A program made the translations under genes and the position numbers. Source: an uncultured bacterium (lineage in GTDB: Bacteria; Bacillota_I; Bacilli_A; RFN20; CAG-826). Taken from it: 64,000 nucleotides of DNA. This document shows positions 1-8,901 of this stretch, piece after piece; positions within the stretch are counted from its first letter, which is position 1, and each line of letters opens with the position of its first letter. The notes under the pieces were generated by a model that worked only from the letters and a program-made list of their open reading frames with translations, searched no databases and was not told the DNA's origin. Where the stretch lies: assembly GCA_949297445.1 (NCBI GenBank), contig CASFSS010000018.1, positions 291,884 to 355,883 of the forward strand, read 5' to 3'.

Positions 1-675
1 TATACTGTTGGTTTAGAAGCCGCTGCTTGTATGCGCAATTCCATCATGCAAGATGGTAGCATATCAAGACACTTTGTTTATTCCGATGGTAGTAGTGAGC
101 CATTAAACGACAAGATTACAATGTATATTGCCGATGATGTTGCTACACCATTAGCCGCCGCTGTTTGTGGCACATGGAAAGCAAAAGAAATCACTGCAGC
201 TTGGGGAGATAATGCCCGCGCGACAGTTCTTCCAACATTAGTTGGTCGTACTGGCATGACATATAAATTTACAACCTTTGCTGGTTATAAACTAATGGGC
301 GTTAATAGAATGTGTTCATATGCGACACAATCGCAAGAAAATCTTCAAATGCTTCATAAATTCGCTCAGTACTTAACTGATACTGATATGGCTATTGCTC
401 GATATGAATCGACAGGTGCTGGACCGAGCAATATTGCCGCTCAAGCGAATGAAGAAATTGCGAAGGACTATGCTCTTGTCGCTTTAAATGAACAATACGA
501 TGTTGCATACCATGTCCAAGGTTCGGTTCCTGCTAACTACTGGACACCTATTCAAAACTTCGCTGCCGCCATGTATAACGACTTATTAACTGGTGGAACA
601 ACCTACGTTAATGATGCCACTTTAATGCGCGAACTAAAGACGATGCAAAATAGCATCATATCTGCAACACAATAA
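1..675 (+). CDS. C-terminal part of an extracellular sugar (maltodextrin)-binding protein of an ABC transporter; 5' end lies outside the window
   Basis: Open reading frame continues to position 1 with no stop. It sits immediately upstream of MalF/MalG-like permeases. The C-terminal sequence is consistent with a family-1 solute-binding protein. Confidence 0.5.
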   Translation, partial: YTVGLEAAACMRNSIMQDGSISRHFVYSDGSSEPLNDKITMYIADDVATPLAAAVCGTWKAKEITAAWGDNARATVLPTLVGRTGMTYKFTTFAGYKLMGVNRMCSYATQSQENLQMLHKFAQYLTDTDMAIARYESTGAGPSNIAAQANEEIAKDYALVALNEQYDVAYHVQGSVPANYWTPIQNFAAAMYNDLLTGGTTYVNDATLMRELKTMQNSIISATQ

Positions 676-691
676 TAATTAATTATTATTT

Positions 692-725
692 CGCTCGGGG
701 AATTTTCCCCGGGCGAATATTTTAT
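692..725 (+). terminator. Rho-independent terminator hairpin after the binding-protein gene
   Basis: cgcTcgggg-aatttt-ccccGggcg forms a 9-bp stem with one G-U wobble, followed by a T-rich tract (atattttatta). Confidence 0.55.
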
Positions 726-761
726 TACCGACATATCATTTTTAAATGTGGGGGAAAAGCA

Positions 762-2264
762 ATGAACGATTTATTACTTTTATCGCATAGTAAATTTGCC
801 CGCTTTTGGATAAAAATTGGTATAGCATTCAAAAACGGATTTTTAGCAGTTAAGCGATTTTTTATCAACTTGCCAAATCTTATTGTCGCTGCGTTGAAAA
901 AGATTGGTAGTTTCTTAGCAACCCCTTATTACGCAATGCGTTATGGCGATTGGAAAACTAGATTGTCTTTTTTGATCTTCGGTTTTGGCAACTTAGCGCA
1001 TAAGCAGTGGCTTAGAGGTTTTGCGTTATTGTTGACGGAAATTGCTTTTATCCTATATATGACACTATTTGGAGCTGGCTATTTAGGAGATTTTGGTACA
1101 TTAGGTACAACAGAAACGTATAAAGATCCTAATACCGGTTTTACAATTATTGGTGATGACTCATTTAACATTTTGCTTTATGGTACTTTATCAATAATTA
1201 TCATTTTATTTGTTGTTTATTTGTGGTTTGTTTCAATAAAACAAGCTTACGAAATTCAATACATGTCTCAAATAAACCGTCACCTTGTTAGTGCATCGGA
1301 GGATTTGCGAAATCTCGGTAATCAATATTACCACGTTACGCTTTTATCGGTCCCGTCATTATTATTATTAATTTTTACAATTATTCCGTTAATCTTTATG
1401 ATTTTTGTTGCTTTCACGAATTTTGATAATGCGCATCAACCACCCAATAATCTATTTACGTGGGTTGGCTTAAGCAATTTCCAAACGATGTTGTTTGGCG
1501 GCGGATTAGCTGGTGGCAATACTGAAACGTTTTCTTATACTTTCTGGACAGTTTTAGCGTGGACCTTAATTTGGGCTGTTTTAGCGACGGTTACCAACTT
1601 TGTTTTTGGTATGATTGTCGCATTATTAATTAATAAAAAATCAATCAAGTTAAAAAAAGTTTGGAGAACATTTTTAGTTACATCTATTGCTGTTCCTCAA
1701 TTAGTATCTTTGCTATTGATGAGTAAAATGCTATCAACAACCGGTGTTATAACGAACATGTTTGCTCAAATTGGCATTCAAAACGTACGTTTCTTGCTCG
1801 ACCCAATGTTATGCAAAGTTACCATCATTATCGTAAATATGTGGATTGGTATTCCTTATACCGTATTATCTTGTACCGGCATATTAATGAACATTCCTGA
1901 TGATTTATATGAGGCCGCACGCATTGACGGCGCTAATCCTTATCGCATGTACGTTAATATTACTTTGCCATATGTATTATTTGTGATGGGGCCTTCTTTA
2001 ATTTCGACATTTGTTGGTAATATCAACAATTTCAATGTTATTTACCTTTTAACCGGTGGTGGTCCAAATTACGACACGAACATGCACTCAACTGCTGGTC
2101 AATCAGATTTGTTAATTACTTGGCTATATAAATTGACGGTCAATGATCAAGATTACTCAATGGCATCAACAATTGGCATCTTGGTATTTATTGTTTGTGC
2201 AGTTTTATCTTTGATTGCCTATTCGCGAATCGGTTCAACTAAAAATGAGGAGGATTTCCAATAA
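762..2264 (+). CDS. Sugar ABC transporter permease, MalF-like, with an N-terminal extension
   Basis: Multi-transmembrane protein with the EAA loop motif (EAARIDGANPYRMYVNITLP). SD GGGGGA lies upstream of the ATG. Confidence 0.8.
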   Translation: MNDLLLLSHSKFARFWIKIGIAFKNGFLAVKRFFINLPNLIVAALKKIGSFLATPYYAMRYGDWKTRLSFLIFGFGNLAHKQWLRGFALLLTEIAFILYMTLFGAGYLGDFGTLGTTETYKDPNTGFTIIGDDSFNILLYGTLSIIIILFVVYLWFVSIKQAYEIQYMSQINRHLVSASEDLRNLGNQYYHVTLLSVPSLLLLIFTIIPLIFMIFVAFTNFDNAHQPPNNLFTWVGLSNFQTMLFGGGLAGGNTETFSYTFWTVLAWTLIWAVLATVTNFVFGMIVALLINKKSIKLKKVWRTFLVTSIAVPQLVSLLLMSKMLSTTGVITNMFAQIGIQNVRFLLDPMLCKVTIIIVNMWIGIPYTVLSCTGILMNIPDDLYEAARIDGANPYRMYVNITLPYVLFVMGPSLISTFVGNINNFNVIYLLTGGGPNYDTNMHSTAGQSDLLITWLYKLTVNDQDYSMASTIGILVFIVCAVLSLIAYSRIGSTKNEEDFQ

Positions 2265-3166
2265 TGGCTCTTAGACTACATAAGGTAAATCGAGCAGCTA
2301 GAGCGAAACGCATTATTGTCGATGCGCTCATTTATGTTCTTCTTGCTGTCATCTGCATTATATGGGTTTTCCCATTTGTTTATTTGCTTGCTCAAGCATT
2401 CCGAGTTGATACGCAGGGTATTTCCTTAACGATGTTTCCAAAAAATTGGCAATATGGATTTGACAATTTTATTCGGTTATTCACGGAAAATACTTCGACA
2501 AGTAATTTCGGAAGATGGTATTTAAACACGTTGGTTATTTCTATTATTGTGGCTGTCATTAATACCATTGTTACTTTGGCTACCGCCTATACATTATCGA
2601 GATTGCGCTTTAAAGGAAGAACATTATTGATGAGATTTATGTTAATTTTAGGCATGTTTCCAGGTTTCCTTTCGATGATTTGTATCTATCGGTTGCTAAA
2701 ACTTTTTGATAATGTAGTACCTTCTTTCTCAACTTCAATTTTTGCCCTTATTGTTGTTTATATTTCTGGATCAATGATGGGCTATTATATTTCCAAAGGA
2801 TTCTTTGACACAATTTCTCGTTCATTAGATGAGGCTGCCATGATTGATGGCGCTAGCCGCAATACGATTTTCTGGCGCATCATTTTACCGCTATCTAAAC
2901 CAATTGTTGTCTATACAATTTTGACGGCGGCGATTGGTCCGTGGGGAGACTTCATGATGTCAAACCTAATTGTTGGTAGGGCATCAATTGATAACTGGAC
3001 AGTCGCCATTGGTTTCCAAGAGTGGCTATCTTCTTCTAACGTCGGAACGCACTTCACTTTATTCTGTGCTGGCGCGACATTTGTTTCGATTCCAATCGTT
3101 GTCTTATTCTTTATACTCCAACGTTATTACGTTGAAGGCGTTACTGGAGGCGCTGTCAAAGGATAA
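2264..3166 (+). CDS. Sugar ABC transporter permease, MalG-like
   Basis: EAA motif (DEAAMIDGASRNTIFWRIILP) and six predicted TM segments. Translationally coupled to the upstream permease by an ATGA overlap. Confidence 0.8.
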   Translation: MALRLHKVNRAARAKRIIVDALIYVLLAVICIIWVFPFVYLLAQAFRVDTQGISLTMFPKNWQYGFDNFIRLFTENTSTSNFGRWYLNTLVISIIVAVINTIVTLATAYTLSRLRFKGRTLLMRFMLILGMFPGFLSMICIYRLLKLFDNVVPSFSTSIFALIVVYISGSMMGYYISKGFFDTISRSLDEAAMIDGASRNTIFWRIILPLSKPIVVYTILTAAIGPWGDFMMSNLIVGRASIDNWTVAIGFQEWLSSSNVGTHFTLFCAGATFVSIPIVVLFFILQRYYVEGVTGGAVKG

Positions 3167-3168
3167 AG

Positions 3169-4809
3169 ATGAAACAAAATGCCGGCAAACTTTTAATTTC
3201 GTTTATCGCCTTGGCTTCTCTTATTTCTTTAACCGCCTGCAATGGTGGAATTGAGGTAAAAGACCGAGAGGTTTTGAAAGCGGATGATTTTTGCCGGACA
3301 TATTATCAAATTTTTCCCATTTCTTTTGCCGATTCTAATGACGACGGAGATGGTGACTTGCAAGGCATCATTGATAAAATAGATTATATTAGCGATTTAG
3401 GGTTTAATGGTGTTTGGTTGACGCCAGTACATCCTTCTACCACTTATCACAAATATGATGTAATTGATTATTACGATATCGACTCAACGTTTGGAACGCT
3501 GGATGATTACGATGCCTTGGTGAGTGCTTTGCATGCAAAAGACATGACCATTCTTCTTGATTTAGTTATTAATCATTCTTCTAGTTCGTGTGATTGGTTT
3601 GTTCAATGTTATCAATCACATATTCGTGGCGATATAAATAATCAATATTACGATTATTATGTTATTCAAGAATTAACAACCTCAACAGTTCCGGCTGGTT
3701 ACGCTTATGTCCCCGGTTCAACAAAATATATATATGAATGTCGTTTTTGGAGCGGCATGCCCGACTTAAATTTGCAATCGGTTCTTGATGACCCTGATGG
3801 CCCGTTAGCAACCGAATTAAAAAACATAATGGAGTTTTGGCTCATTGATCATAATGTAGATGGCTTCCGACTTGATGCTGTCACCTCTTATTTTACCGGC
3901 AACACCAATCAAAATGCCGCCTTCTTGACTTGGTTAAGCGATACCGCTAAATCAATTAAAGAAGATGTTTATATTGTCGGCGAAGGAGCTTGGGGGACTG
4001 TCGCTGAAAATAAAACTTACATTGAAGCAGGCATTAATAGTTGCTTCAATTTTGAAGACTCTCAATCCGGTGGTTATATTGGTAGTAGCGTCGTCCGTTC
4101 CTCGATGTCAAATTACTATTTAGGCATGCAAAACAACTTGGAACAAGTAGCAGGCTTATCTTATGCGGTACCCGCTCCTTTTATTAGCAATCACGATGTT
4201 ACGCGCTTGACAGGGGCAACTGCTTCTAGCGATGGCACAAAAGCCCAAAATGCTAAATTTGCTTACGGGTTACTACAAATGATGACTGGCGCTACCTTCA
4301 ATTATTATGGTGATGAAATAGGTATGGCGATTGTTTATAATCGCGCTTCTGAAAGCGTAGGCGATGAAAATCGCCGCCAACCATTGTTGTGGGGAGAAGA
4401 TGACCCCTATACTTGTGATCCGGTGAGTGGTTCTTATTCAGGAGCTAGCGAAGAAGAAAAATATCCTTATGGATCCGTCGAGGATCAATTAAATGATGCG
4501 AACTCGATATTAAATTACGTGAAAAAAGCTAATCAAATTCGCAATCAATTTAAAGCAATTCGCAGCGGGAAACTTGGCGATATTTATGAAAAATCAGATT
4601 TAAAAGACATGATTGTCTTTAACAAAATACTCAATGATGAAGATGTATTACTCATCATTAATGGGTCGACTACGGCGACCTATACTTACGATTTTGGAGC
4701 GCACGGTTATAGCGAAGTAGCGGGCGTTTTAGAGGCATATAACCAAAAATGTTCTTTGGATGGCACGACGGTTAGTGTCGCTCCAATGTCAATTGTCATA
4801 GTTATATGA
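3169..4809 (+). CDS. Extracellular GH13 alpha-amylase-family lipoprotein (alpha-glucosidase/oligo-1,6-glucosidase-like)
   Basis: Signal peptide plus lipobox LTAC. GH13 motifs present (GFNGVWLTPV, GFRLDAV, EGAW, NHD). Confidence 0.75.
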   Translation: MKQNAGKLLISFIALASLISLTACNGGIEVKDREVLKADDFCRTYYQIFPISFADSNDDGDGDLQGIIDKIDYISDLGFNGVWLTPVHPSTTYHKYDVIDYYDIDSTFGTLDDYDALVSALHAKDMTILLDLVINHSSSSCDWFVQCYQSHIRGDINNQYYDYYVIQELTTSTVPAGYAYVPGSTKYIYECRFWSGMPDLNLQSVLDDPDGPLATELKNIMEFWLIDHNVDGFRLDAVTSYFTGNTNQNAAFLTWLSDTAKSIKEDVYIVGEGAWGTVAENKTYIEAGINSCFNFEDSQSGGYIGSSVVRSSMSNYYLGMQNNLEQVAGLSYAVPAPFISNHDVTRLTGATASSDGTKAQNAKFAYGLLQMMTGATFNYYGDEIGMAIVYNRASESVGDENRRQPLLWGEDDPYTCDPVSGSYSGASEEEKYPYGSVEDQLNDANSILNYVKKANQIRNQFKAIRSGKLGDIYEKSDLKDMIVFNKILNDEDVLLIINGSTTATYTYDFGAHGYSEVAGVLEAYNQKCSLDGTTVSVAPMSIVIVI

Positions 4810-4824
4810 GAGGAGATTAAAGTT

Positions 4825-7389
4825 ATGGCGAAGTTAAGTTTAAGACACATTTATAAGGTATATCCAAATGGTGTTAAAGCGGTTAACGATTTCAATATGG
4901 AAATCGCCGACAAGGAATTTATTGTTTTTGTCGGACCATCTGGTTGTGGAAAATCAACTACTTTACGAATGATTGCCGGCCTAGAAGCGATTACGGCTGG
5001 CGAATTATTTATCGGTAACGAGTTAGTCAATGATATGGAACCAAAAGATCGCGATATTGCGATGGTTTTCCAAAACTATGCTCTTTATCCCCATATGACT
5101 GTTTATGATAACATGGCCTTTGGCTTGCGATTACGTCATGTTCGCCCTGATGAAATTCATCGCAAGGTTTTATGGGCGGCTGATGTATTGAAATTGACTG
5201 AATTTTTAAATCGTAAACCACGCGCAATGAGTGGTGGCCAAAGACAACGTGTCGCATTAGGAAGAGCCATTTTGCGAAATCCAAAAGTATTTTTACTAGA
5301 TGAGCCATTATCAAATTTAGACGCCAAACTTCGTACGGAAATGCGCGCCGAAATCGCCAAACTACATAATGAATTAAAAACAACATTTATCTATGTTACT
5401 CACGATCAAGTTGAGGCTATGACGTTAGGCACTCGGGTTGTTGTAATGAAATTAGGATTTATTCAGCAAATTGATACTCCTCAAAATTTATATGAATATC
5501 CTGAAAATAAATTTGTTGCTGGATTTATTGGCACGCCTCAAATGAACTTCTTTGAAGCGACTTTACGGCGCGAAAAAGATAGAGTATTTGTAAAATTCGA
5601 TTATTGCGATAACGAATTGGTAATTCCTTTTGAAGATATGTTGAAAGTCAAACCATCATATTTCCATGGTGATAAGCATGTTTATGTTGGTTTACGTTGC
5701 GAAGATATTTCGTTAGATCCGGCAGTTGTCAAAGTTTCTAAAAACCGCATGAAAGTTAAAGTTTCTCATTTTGAGGAATTAGGAAACGAGACATTAGTGT
5801 ACGGCGATTTGAACATGCATGGTGATGGTTTTATCGAGTCGTCTACCCGCGTGATTATTAAGTCCTATCATGGTGCTTTAAATTTAAAACAAGGTGATGT
5901 GGTGGAAGCAGCATTCAACATGAAAAAAGCTCATTATTTTGATCATGATGACGAAATGACCATCTCTCCACGTGTCCCAACTGAAAATGTTTTTGACTGC
6001 GAAGTGCAAGATGGTGTTCTTAAATTTTTAGGTTTAAACGTCAAATTACCACCAGCTGTTAAATGTTCTAATCTTAAAAAGGGCGAGTTGTTAATTCCTA
6101 GTGATGCCATTACGGTTGGCAGTGGAGATATTCCTGTTACTATTAAACAAATTGAAGATGTTAAAGGAGTTCATCTTGCCTATTTAATGGTAGGTGAAAG
6201 AACATTTTTCTCGATTGTCGACGAATCGGTTAAAGCCGGTGATAAAACATGCATCGATATCGATTATAAAAAAATCTCAATCAAAGAAAACAATCAAGAA
6301 GTTGTTTCTCGTTTATCATCTTGTGATGTGTTCATTGGTGGCTTTACAAATTTAGAAAATAAAGGCCGCTCTAGCGATTCTCTTAAAAATTTACGTATTC
6401 GCGAATTAAAAGCAAAAGGAGCAGAAATAAATGCTGCCTTAAAACACGAACTAGCAACTTTAGGCCACAAGAAATATCTTCTCGAAGAGTTAAAAATCGC
6501 TCACAAAAAACGAATGGTTGAATTGCAAGATGAGAGGATTGAGAAATTGGCTACTTGCACTGGTTTAAAACGCGATAAGGCGGAAATAAAACACCACTAT
6601 TGCGACTTGCTTAATAAAGAATGCCATTCATATAATGAAACAGTGACGAGAATTAAAAACTCCTCGGAAACTATCGATAGTGCAAAAGCAGCGGATGCGG
6701 AAGCACGTGCCAAGGCAGAGTATGCTCATTATGAAACAATCGTTAAGAAATATAGCGAGATATGTAATGCCGGTATGTTGGCACACAAAGCGCAGAATTT
6801 AGCGGACGTTAAGACGCATGAAGAAAGATTGAAGGCGCAATTGGCTGAACTTCAAAAAAAGCGTGCCGAGGCGTTGGCAAAAATTGCTGATGATGAAAAG
6901 AATGAACTTCTTGAAGCTAAAAATAATGGTGAATTAACCGATGATTTGAAACATAAAGAAGTAGAAAGAATTCATTTGAAATATAACGATTTGCGAAAAG
7001 ACAAGAAGAACGAATTTGCAAAAAAAGTTGATAATGCAGTCACGGCTTCTAAGGTCTTTTATGTCGAAATTAACGGACATTACATTCTCGCTTCGACTGA
7101 AATTATTTTGAAGATTGTCCAAGCATTAGGCGTAGGTGTATTTTCTAGTAACTATCGCTACGAGGTACCACACGACGCCTATATCATGTTAAAAGACGGT
7201 GGTATCGAAGCGACTGTCGACGAGGTTTTGGATTATGGTAAAGAAAAGTTTGCTAAAGCAACTGCTGTCGACAAAACAATTTATGTAAAACTAACTAACG
7301 AAGCGAAAAAAGGCGATGTTCTTCACCTCTCGCTCGATTTAAAGAATGTCAAAATTTATGAAAACAAATTTGACATTCGCTTAATTTAA
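4825..7389 (+). CDS. MsmK/MalK-type sugar ABC transporter ATPase with a roughly 480-aa C-terminal extension (extra TOBE-like segments plus a coiled-coil region)
   Basis: Walker [10 protein letters not shown], signature SGGQRQR, Walker B LLDEP, then a canonical MalK regulatory (TOBE) domain up to about aa 380. The following roughly 470 aa are charged and coiled-coil-like, flanked by two further beta-rich segments. Strong SD GAGGAG upstream. Confidence 0.8.
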   Translation: MAKLSLRHIYKVYPNGVKAVNDFNMEIADKEFIVFVGPSGCGKSTTLRMIAGLEAITAGELFIGNELVNDMEPKDRDIAMVFQNYALYPHMTVYDNMAFGLRLRHVRPDEIHRKVLWAADVLKLTEFLNRKPRAMSGGQRQRVALGRAILRNPKVFLLDEPLSNLDAKLRTEMRAEIAKLHNELKTTFIYVTHDQVEAMTLGTRVVVMKLGFIQQIDTPQNLYEYPENKFVAGFIGTPQMNFFEATLRREKDRVFVKFDYCDNELVIPFEDMLKVKPSYFHGDKHVYVGLRCEDISLDPAVVKVSKNRMKVKVSHFEELGNETLVYGDLNMHGDGFIESSTRVIIKSYHGALNLKQGDVVEAAFNMKKAHYFDHDDEMTISPRVPTENVFDCEVQDGVLKFLGLNVKLPPAVKCSNLKKGELLIPSDAITVGSGDIPVTIKQIEDVKGVHLAYLMVGERTFFSIVDESVKAGDKTCIDIDYKKISIKENNQEVVSRLSSCDVFIGGFTNLENKGRSSDSLKNLRIRELKAKGAEINAALKHELATLGHKKYLLEELKIAHKKRMVELQDERIEKLATCTGLKRDKAEIKHHYCDLLNKECHSYNETVTRIKNSSETIDSAKAADAEARAKAEYAHYETIVKKYSEICNAGMLAHKAQNLADVKTHEERLKAQLAELQKKRAEALAKIADDEKNELLEAKNNGELTDDLKHKEVERIHLKYNDLRKDKKNEFAKKVDNAVTASKVFYVEINGHYILASTEIILKIVQALGVGVFSSNYRYEVPHDAYIMLKDGGIEATVDEVLDYGKEKFAKATAVDKTIYVKLTNEAKKGDVLHLSLDLKNVKIYENKFDIRLI

Positions 7390-7391
7390 GG

Positions 7392-7412
7392 TTTTAAAGC
7401 TTTGCTTTAAAA
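7392..7412 (+). terminator. AU-rich 9-bp hairpin (ttttaaagc-ttt-gctttaaaa) just after the ATPase stop; weak terminator or operator-like palindrome
   Basis: Perfect inverted repeat seen directly in the sequence. Low GC content and no clean U-tract. Confidence 0.3.
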
Positions 7413-7437
7413 TAAATGAAAGGAGACAAACTATTAA

Positions 7438-8826
7438 ATGAAAAAAAGTTTGCTAATGCTTACGGCAAGTTTCTTGCTTGTAGGCGCACTCGCCGGATGC
7501 GATGATACAAGCACATCTGGCACTACTTCTACTGGCGGCGATGTTGCTGGCGGTTTAGCCGATGTCACTTTGCCAACTGAAGAAGGCAAAGTTACTGCTG
7601 CATTCCAACTTTCCTCTGAATCAGTAGCTATTCCTGAATATGTTTCCATTTATTTAACTGGTTGCTATACGGAAAAAGCCAACGATGATGAGACGTGGGA
7701 TACAACATGGGGGTATGGCTACGACGCAACCGAAATGCTTCTACTCGACGGTACAACCGACATTTATTATGCGTTTATCGAGTGGGATGCTGCTAGTTAT
7801 GGTGGTGAACAAGCTGGACAATATTCGTTGGTTGCTGGCTATAACGAGACTGCTGAATTAGGCGCCTCCCAATCCGGACTTCAATGGGTTGATAGTTATA
7901 AATCCACCGAAGTGGTTGCTTACGCGTATCCAGCCAATCCGGAATGGACCGAAAAGAGCGCCAATGTTGTTTGGTTAACAACTGAAGGAAATGATGCGGC
8001 AATTCATACATTTACATCTGTTCCGAGCGCACCAGTTATACTACACAATTATCATATAACTGTCGGCTTTGTGGCTGAAATTCCTGATTACGCTGCTCCA
8101 TATATTATCGGTACGATGAATAACTGGGGCAATGATGATGATTTCAACATTGCTGATTGGAAGTTAAGCGCATATGATCCAGAAGGCGCCATTGGCTTCG
8201 TTGCTGATCATTATTATTACGAAATTAACGTCGGCGATGTCATTGCTAATAGCCCAATACAATATCAAATTGTTTTGATGGCTCCTGATGCCACCGGCGA
8301 AGGTAGCTGGACATATCAATTTGGTAATGCCGTCACCGATGACGAGGGTAATGTGACCTATAACAACAATATTGATTACACACCATATGAATCTGATGGA
8401 GACGATTATTACGCACTTCCACATGAATTCGTGCGTGATCCAAATGCTGTTTATCCCGATCCTTCCTTAAATAAAACGGTCGAATTTCGCTTTGTAAATT
8501 TGGTTGGTGGCGGAACGATTCCTGAAGGTACGACACCACATTTATGTGCTAATATTACCGACTGGAAAACCGTTGCCTTTGAATGGGATGACGCTAATGG
8601 ATACTACACATTAGATTTGTCTGTTGCGGCAGGCGAAGTTGAAGCTGGCGTTATTGCTGATTCTAGTTGGACAGGCAAAATCGTTGCTGAAGGTGGCAAT
8701 AATTTAAAATTCAATATCACCGATGCAACAACATTAGTTACAATTGAAGCGAATTATGCGTTTGTCGGTGTCGGTGATCCGGCCTATGACGGTGCATATG
8801 CCGTTGCAACAGTTACTGTTAGCTAA
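7438..8826 (+). CDS. Uncharacterised surface lipoprotein, aromatic/Gly/Asp-rich; candidate glucan-binding protein of the locus
   Basis: Signal peptide with lipobox LAGC and SD AAGGAG upstream. Position between the transporter genes and the pullulanase. No catalytic motifs recognised. Confidence 0.55.
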   Translation: MKKSLLMLTASFLLVGALAGCDDTSTSGTTSTGGDVAGGLADVTLPTEEGKVTAAFQLSSESVAIPEYVSIYLTGCYTEKANDDETWDTTWGYGYDATEMLLLDGTTDIYYAFIEWDAASYGGEQAGQYSLVAGYNETAELGASQSGLQWVDSYKSTEVVAYAYPANPEWTEKSANVVWLTTEGNDAAIHTFTSVPSAPVILHNYHITVGFVAEIPDYAAPYIIGTMNNWGNDDDFNIADWKLSAYDPEGAIGFVADHYYYEINVGDVIANSPIQYQIVLMAPDATGEGSWTYQFGNAVTDDEGNVTYNNNIDYTPYESDGDDYYALPHEFVRDPNAVYPDPSLNKTVEFRFVNLVGGGTIPEGTTPHLCANITDWKTVAFEWDDANGYYTLDLSVAAGEVEAGVIADSSWTGKIVAEGGNNLKFNITDATTLVTIEANYAFVGVGDPAYDGAYAVATVTVS

Positions 8827-8843
8827 TAAAAATAAAGTTTGAT

Positions 8844-8867
8844 AATCTGGGGTTTCGGCCCCAGATT
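8844..8867 (+). other. GC-rich hairpin (aatctgggg-tttcgg-ccccagatt) between the lipoprotein gene and the pullulanase gene, lacking a U-tract
   Basis: 9-bp perfect inverted repeat visible in the sequence. Possible attenuator or mRNA-stability element. Confidence 0.3.
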
Positions 8868-8901
8868 ATCTCTATATAAGAGATAAATAAGGAGGACAAA
8901 A

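Noticed and set aside
2970-3254. 94-aa + strand ORF overlapping the end of the MalG-like gene and the start of the GH13 gene
   Set aside because: Alternative frame of two well-supported genes with no start signals; spurious.
5027-5386. Antisense ORFs of 67-119 aa inside the MsmK/MalK-like ATPase gene (4825-7389)
   Set aside because: They are fully embedded antisense in a well-supported ABC ATPase gene and have no RBS; chance ORFs.
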